A DNA stretch of 64,000 bases from an uncultured virus (IMG/VR IMGVR_UViG_3300046798_000046) (Duplodnaviria > Heunggongvirae > Uroviricota > Caudoviricetes): IMG/VR virus record IMGVR_UViG_3300046798_000046, one strand, 5' to 3'. The stretch's first letter is position 1, and each line of letters opens with the position of its first letter. Positions 61,877 to 64,000 of the stretch are shown piece after piece. The translations under genes were made by a program, and so were the position numbers. Below the pieces are notes generated by a model. That model saw only the letters and a list, made by a program, of their open reading frames with translations. It was not told the DNA's origin and searched no databases.

Positions 61877-64000
61877 CTACCCGCCGATGTAAATGCAAAT
61901 CTGCCCGCCGTACCGCCCGGCCCCGTTGATGGAGATGCCGCCATTCATGATGCAATACACCCACGGACTTCCAGGCGCCACCTCAATGCGATGATCCCAG
62001 GTAAAGGTGCGCTGCGCCCCATCGAGAAAGACGCCCCGTGAGGTGGCGTACCGGCCCGCCGTGAAGCCATTCGGAATCCGGATAGCGAACGAATTGCCAT
62101 TGAAATTGCCGTCGCACATCCACGTCATGTGCAGCATATTCTTGAACCAATAGTAGATGGCTGCGTAGACGGTCGTGGGCGTCCAGGTGCCGCCCGTGTC
62201 CACGGTGAAGTCCGCTGGCCCGCCACAGTTGTCGAGGTAATTCGGGTTCAAGTACCCGTAAAATCGTGGGGCCGTGATCCCTCCCAAGGCACCGAGACCG
62301 GTGTTGGTGTAGAGGCCATAGGAGCCGTGGCTGGCGAGGCCCCAATCCGTTTGCCCCCCGCCGATGTCGGCGCGACCACCATAGATCCAATTCGCGGTTT
62401 GGATGACGCCAGAGGCATTGACGCCACCGGCGGTGATAGTGACGCTCCCGGCGTTGACGAGGACATCGTTGACGACCAATTGCCCGGTCAGAGACGCGCC
62501 CCCGCCCGACACGGTGAAGCCGCTGCTCATATTCACTCGGCCCCCGAAGCTAGAAACGCCACTGACGGTTGCAGGACCGGTGACCCACAATCCGCCGCCC
62601 CTGTCCAAGTACAGCCCCGTGTTGGCATAGAGGCCATACGACCCATGAGAGGCGAGGTACCACGCCGTTTGGAGGCCGCTGATGCCATCTATTCGACCAG
62701 GGAAGACATACCCGCCCAGGAACAGGTTCGAGCTTCGGTCGAGCTTCATGGAGATGTCCGGGTTCCAACCAATCGCGTCATCAATGGAGGGCGCAATCCA
62801 GAAGCTCTCCGTCCAGTTCAATAGCTGCCACGATTGCCGGGACGCGGCGGACAATGTTGACCTGAGATTGAGCCGGGCATACCCCGTCCCGATCAGGTAG
62901 TGATCCAGCGCGCTCGCGCTGATCGGGCCTGCCAGCGTCAGCCCTCCGTCTCGATCAAAGATGGCCCCCTGATGCACTACGGCGGACTCGGCATCGTTCA
63001 CGGCGTACAAGATCATCTTCCCCGCCGTATCAACGTACTGGTGCCACACCTTGGCATCCACCGGGCCGCTCAGGTTCTTCCAGGACATGAACGCGTTGTT
63101 CATTGTGAGCTTGCTGGACAGCGTCAGATTTGGGGAGACTAGCCCGCCGGTCAACGACAAGGTGCCATCGCGCGCCAGCGTCATCCCCCCGGTCGTCAGG
63201 ACGGTCTCGGCATCGTTGACGGCCTGAAAGGTCAACACGGCGTTCGCATTGACGATGCGGAATCGCCGGTTGTCCACGGGGTCCGTCAAATTCTCGAACG
63301 AGATTTGCGCGTAGTTCGGTCCCGCGCCCCCGGCCACCCGGCTGAGGAAGATGCTCTGGCCGAACACGCGAGCCGGGACAAACAAATCGCCCACGCGCGC
63401 AAACTTGAAGCGCGGGCCGATGTAGGCCGTGTCGGCGTCGTTGGTGGGCGAGATGTAGAAATCGCCGAAGCCCTCGACGCGCATGTTCTTGGCGTCCACC
63501 GGAGCGGTCGTGGCCGAGAACGTCAGGAACGGATTCGGGTTGGCGAAGATCTGATTTGTCGCGGTAAACCTGTTGACCAGATTCGTCCACGCCGCATTGA
63601 CGATCGCGTCCGTTCCGCCCGGCTCGTGCTGCGTATGGTGCGAGGTCGTTGGGTCCCCGGTGTCGCCCTTGACGCCCTGGGGTCCCTGCGGCCCGGTCGC
63701 GCCCGTGTCCCCCTTGTCCCCCTTCGGGCCGGTCGCTCCGGTGTCGCCCTTCTCGCCTTGAATCCCCTGCGGCCCGATGGGGCCGACCACGCCCTCGATG
63801 ATGAGCAGGACGGCGATCGGCGCGTTGTGCGGGAACGTCCCGTCCCCACCAGGGCCTGACTGCTCCACGAAGACGACCCGGATCTCAAACCAGTCCGAGA
63901 ACTCGATGACCTCCAGCACGTCCCAGGTCTGGCTTTTCACCGCCAGATCCTTGTCCTGAATCACAAGTCGGGTCGCTGGCGTGGTCAGCCCGAACAGAAC
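61877..64000 (-). CDS. Tail fibre protein (5' end outside window)
   Basis: Frame open to 64000; short collagen tract, repeated PVD....AVNDAE modules, duplicated [14 protein letters not shown]. Confidence 0.8.
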   Translation of the reverse strand, partial: VLFGLTTPATRLVIQDKDLAVKSQTWDVLEVIEFSDWFEIRVVFVEQSGPGGDGTFPHNAPIAVLLIIEGVVGPIGPQGIQGEKGDTGATGPKGDKGDTGATGPQGPQGVKGDTGDPTTSHHTQHEPGGTDAIVNAAWTNLVNRFTATNQIFANPNPFLTFSATTAPVDAKNMRVEGFGDFYISPTNDADTAYIGPRFKFARVGDLFVPARVFGQSIFLSRVAGGAGPNYAQISFENLTDPVDNRRFRIVNANAVLTFQAVNDAETVLTTGGMTLARDGTLSLTGGLVSPNLTLSSKLTMNNAFMSWKNLSGPVDAKVWHQYVDTAGKMILYAVNDAESAVVHQGAIFDRDGGLTLAGPISASALDHYLIGTGYARLNLRSTLSAASRQSWQLLNWTESFWIAPSIDDAIGWNPDISMKLDRSSNLFLGGYVFPGRIDGISGLQTAWYLASHGSYGLYANTGLYLDRGGGLWVTGPATVSGVSSFGGRVNMSSGFTVSGGGASLTGQLVVNDVLVNAGSVTITAGGVNASGVIQTANWIYGGRADIGGGQTDWGLASHGSYGLYTNTGLGALGGITAPRFYGYLNPNYLDNCGGPADFTVDTGGTWTPTTVYAAIYYWFKNMLHMTWMCDGNFNGNSFAIRIPNGFTAGRYATSRGVFLDGAQRTFTWDHRIEVAPGSPWVYCIMNGGISINGAGRYGGQICIYIGG

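Noticed and set aside
1..64000. Integrase, att sites, tRNAs, reverse transcriptase/DGR, alternative genetic code
   Set aside because: None recognised; all three standard stops terminate genes, and tail-fibre repeats differ at non-adenine positions.

Overview
A 64-kb piece of a high-GC tailed dsDNA phage genome with a podovirus-like virion module, encoded almost entirely on the minus strand and cut off at both ends. Reading right to left: a tail fibre, a GNAT protein, P22-like DNA-ejection proteins, and a 6,183-aa polyvalent DarB-like protein. That protein appears to carry FtsK-gamma, 2H phosphoesterase, zeta-like kinase, LPD23/metallopeptidase, N6A methyltransferase and SNF2 helicase domains. 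Next come adhesin/lysis-like genes, a short plus-strand block (DNA methyltransferase, NinB, HNH) and recombination/replication genes, including a 5'-3' exonuclease-RecT fusion. The left ~12 kb holds small accessory genes in repeated promoter/SD/terminator cassettes. The standout feature is an RNA-guided-type locus: a nuclease-less Nop/IS110-like protein (TasA-like, 13902-14786) followed directly by a ~38-unit array (12528-13904) of 36-nt units, each with two different 10-nt repeats and two 8-nt variable spacers, i.e. a TIGR-Tas-type system. Other signals: a likely -1 ribosomal frameshift, an overprinted gene inside the giant ORF, two PEP-CTERM surface proteins, a four-member paralog family and leaderless promoters. 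The host is inferred, not shown, to be Acidobacteriota-like. All family calls come from motif recognition by eye; no searches were run.
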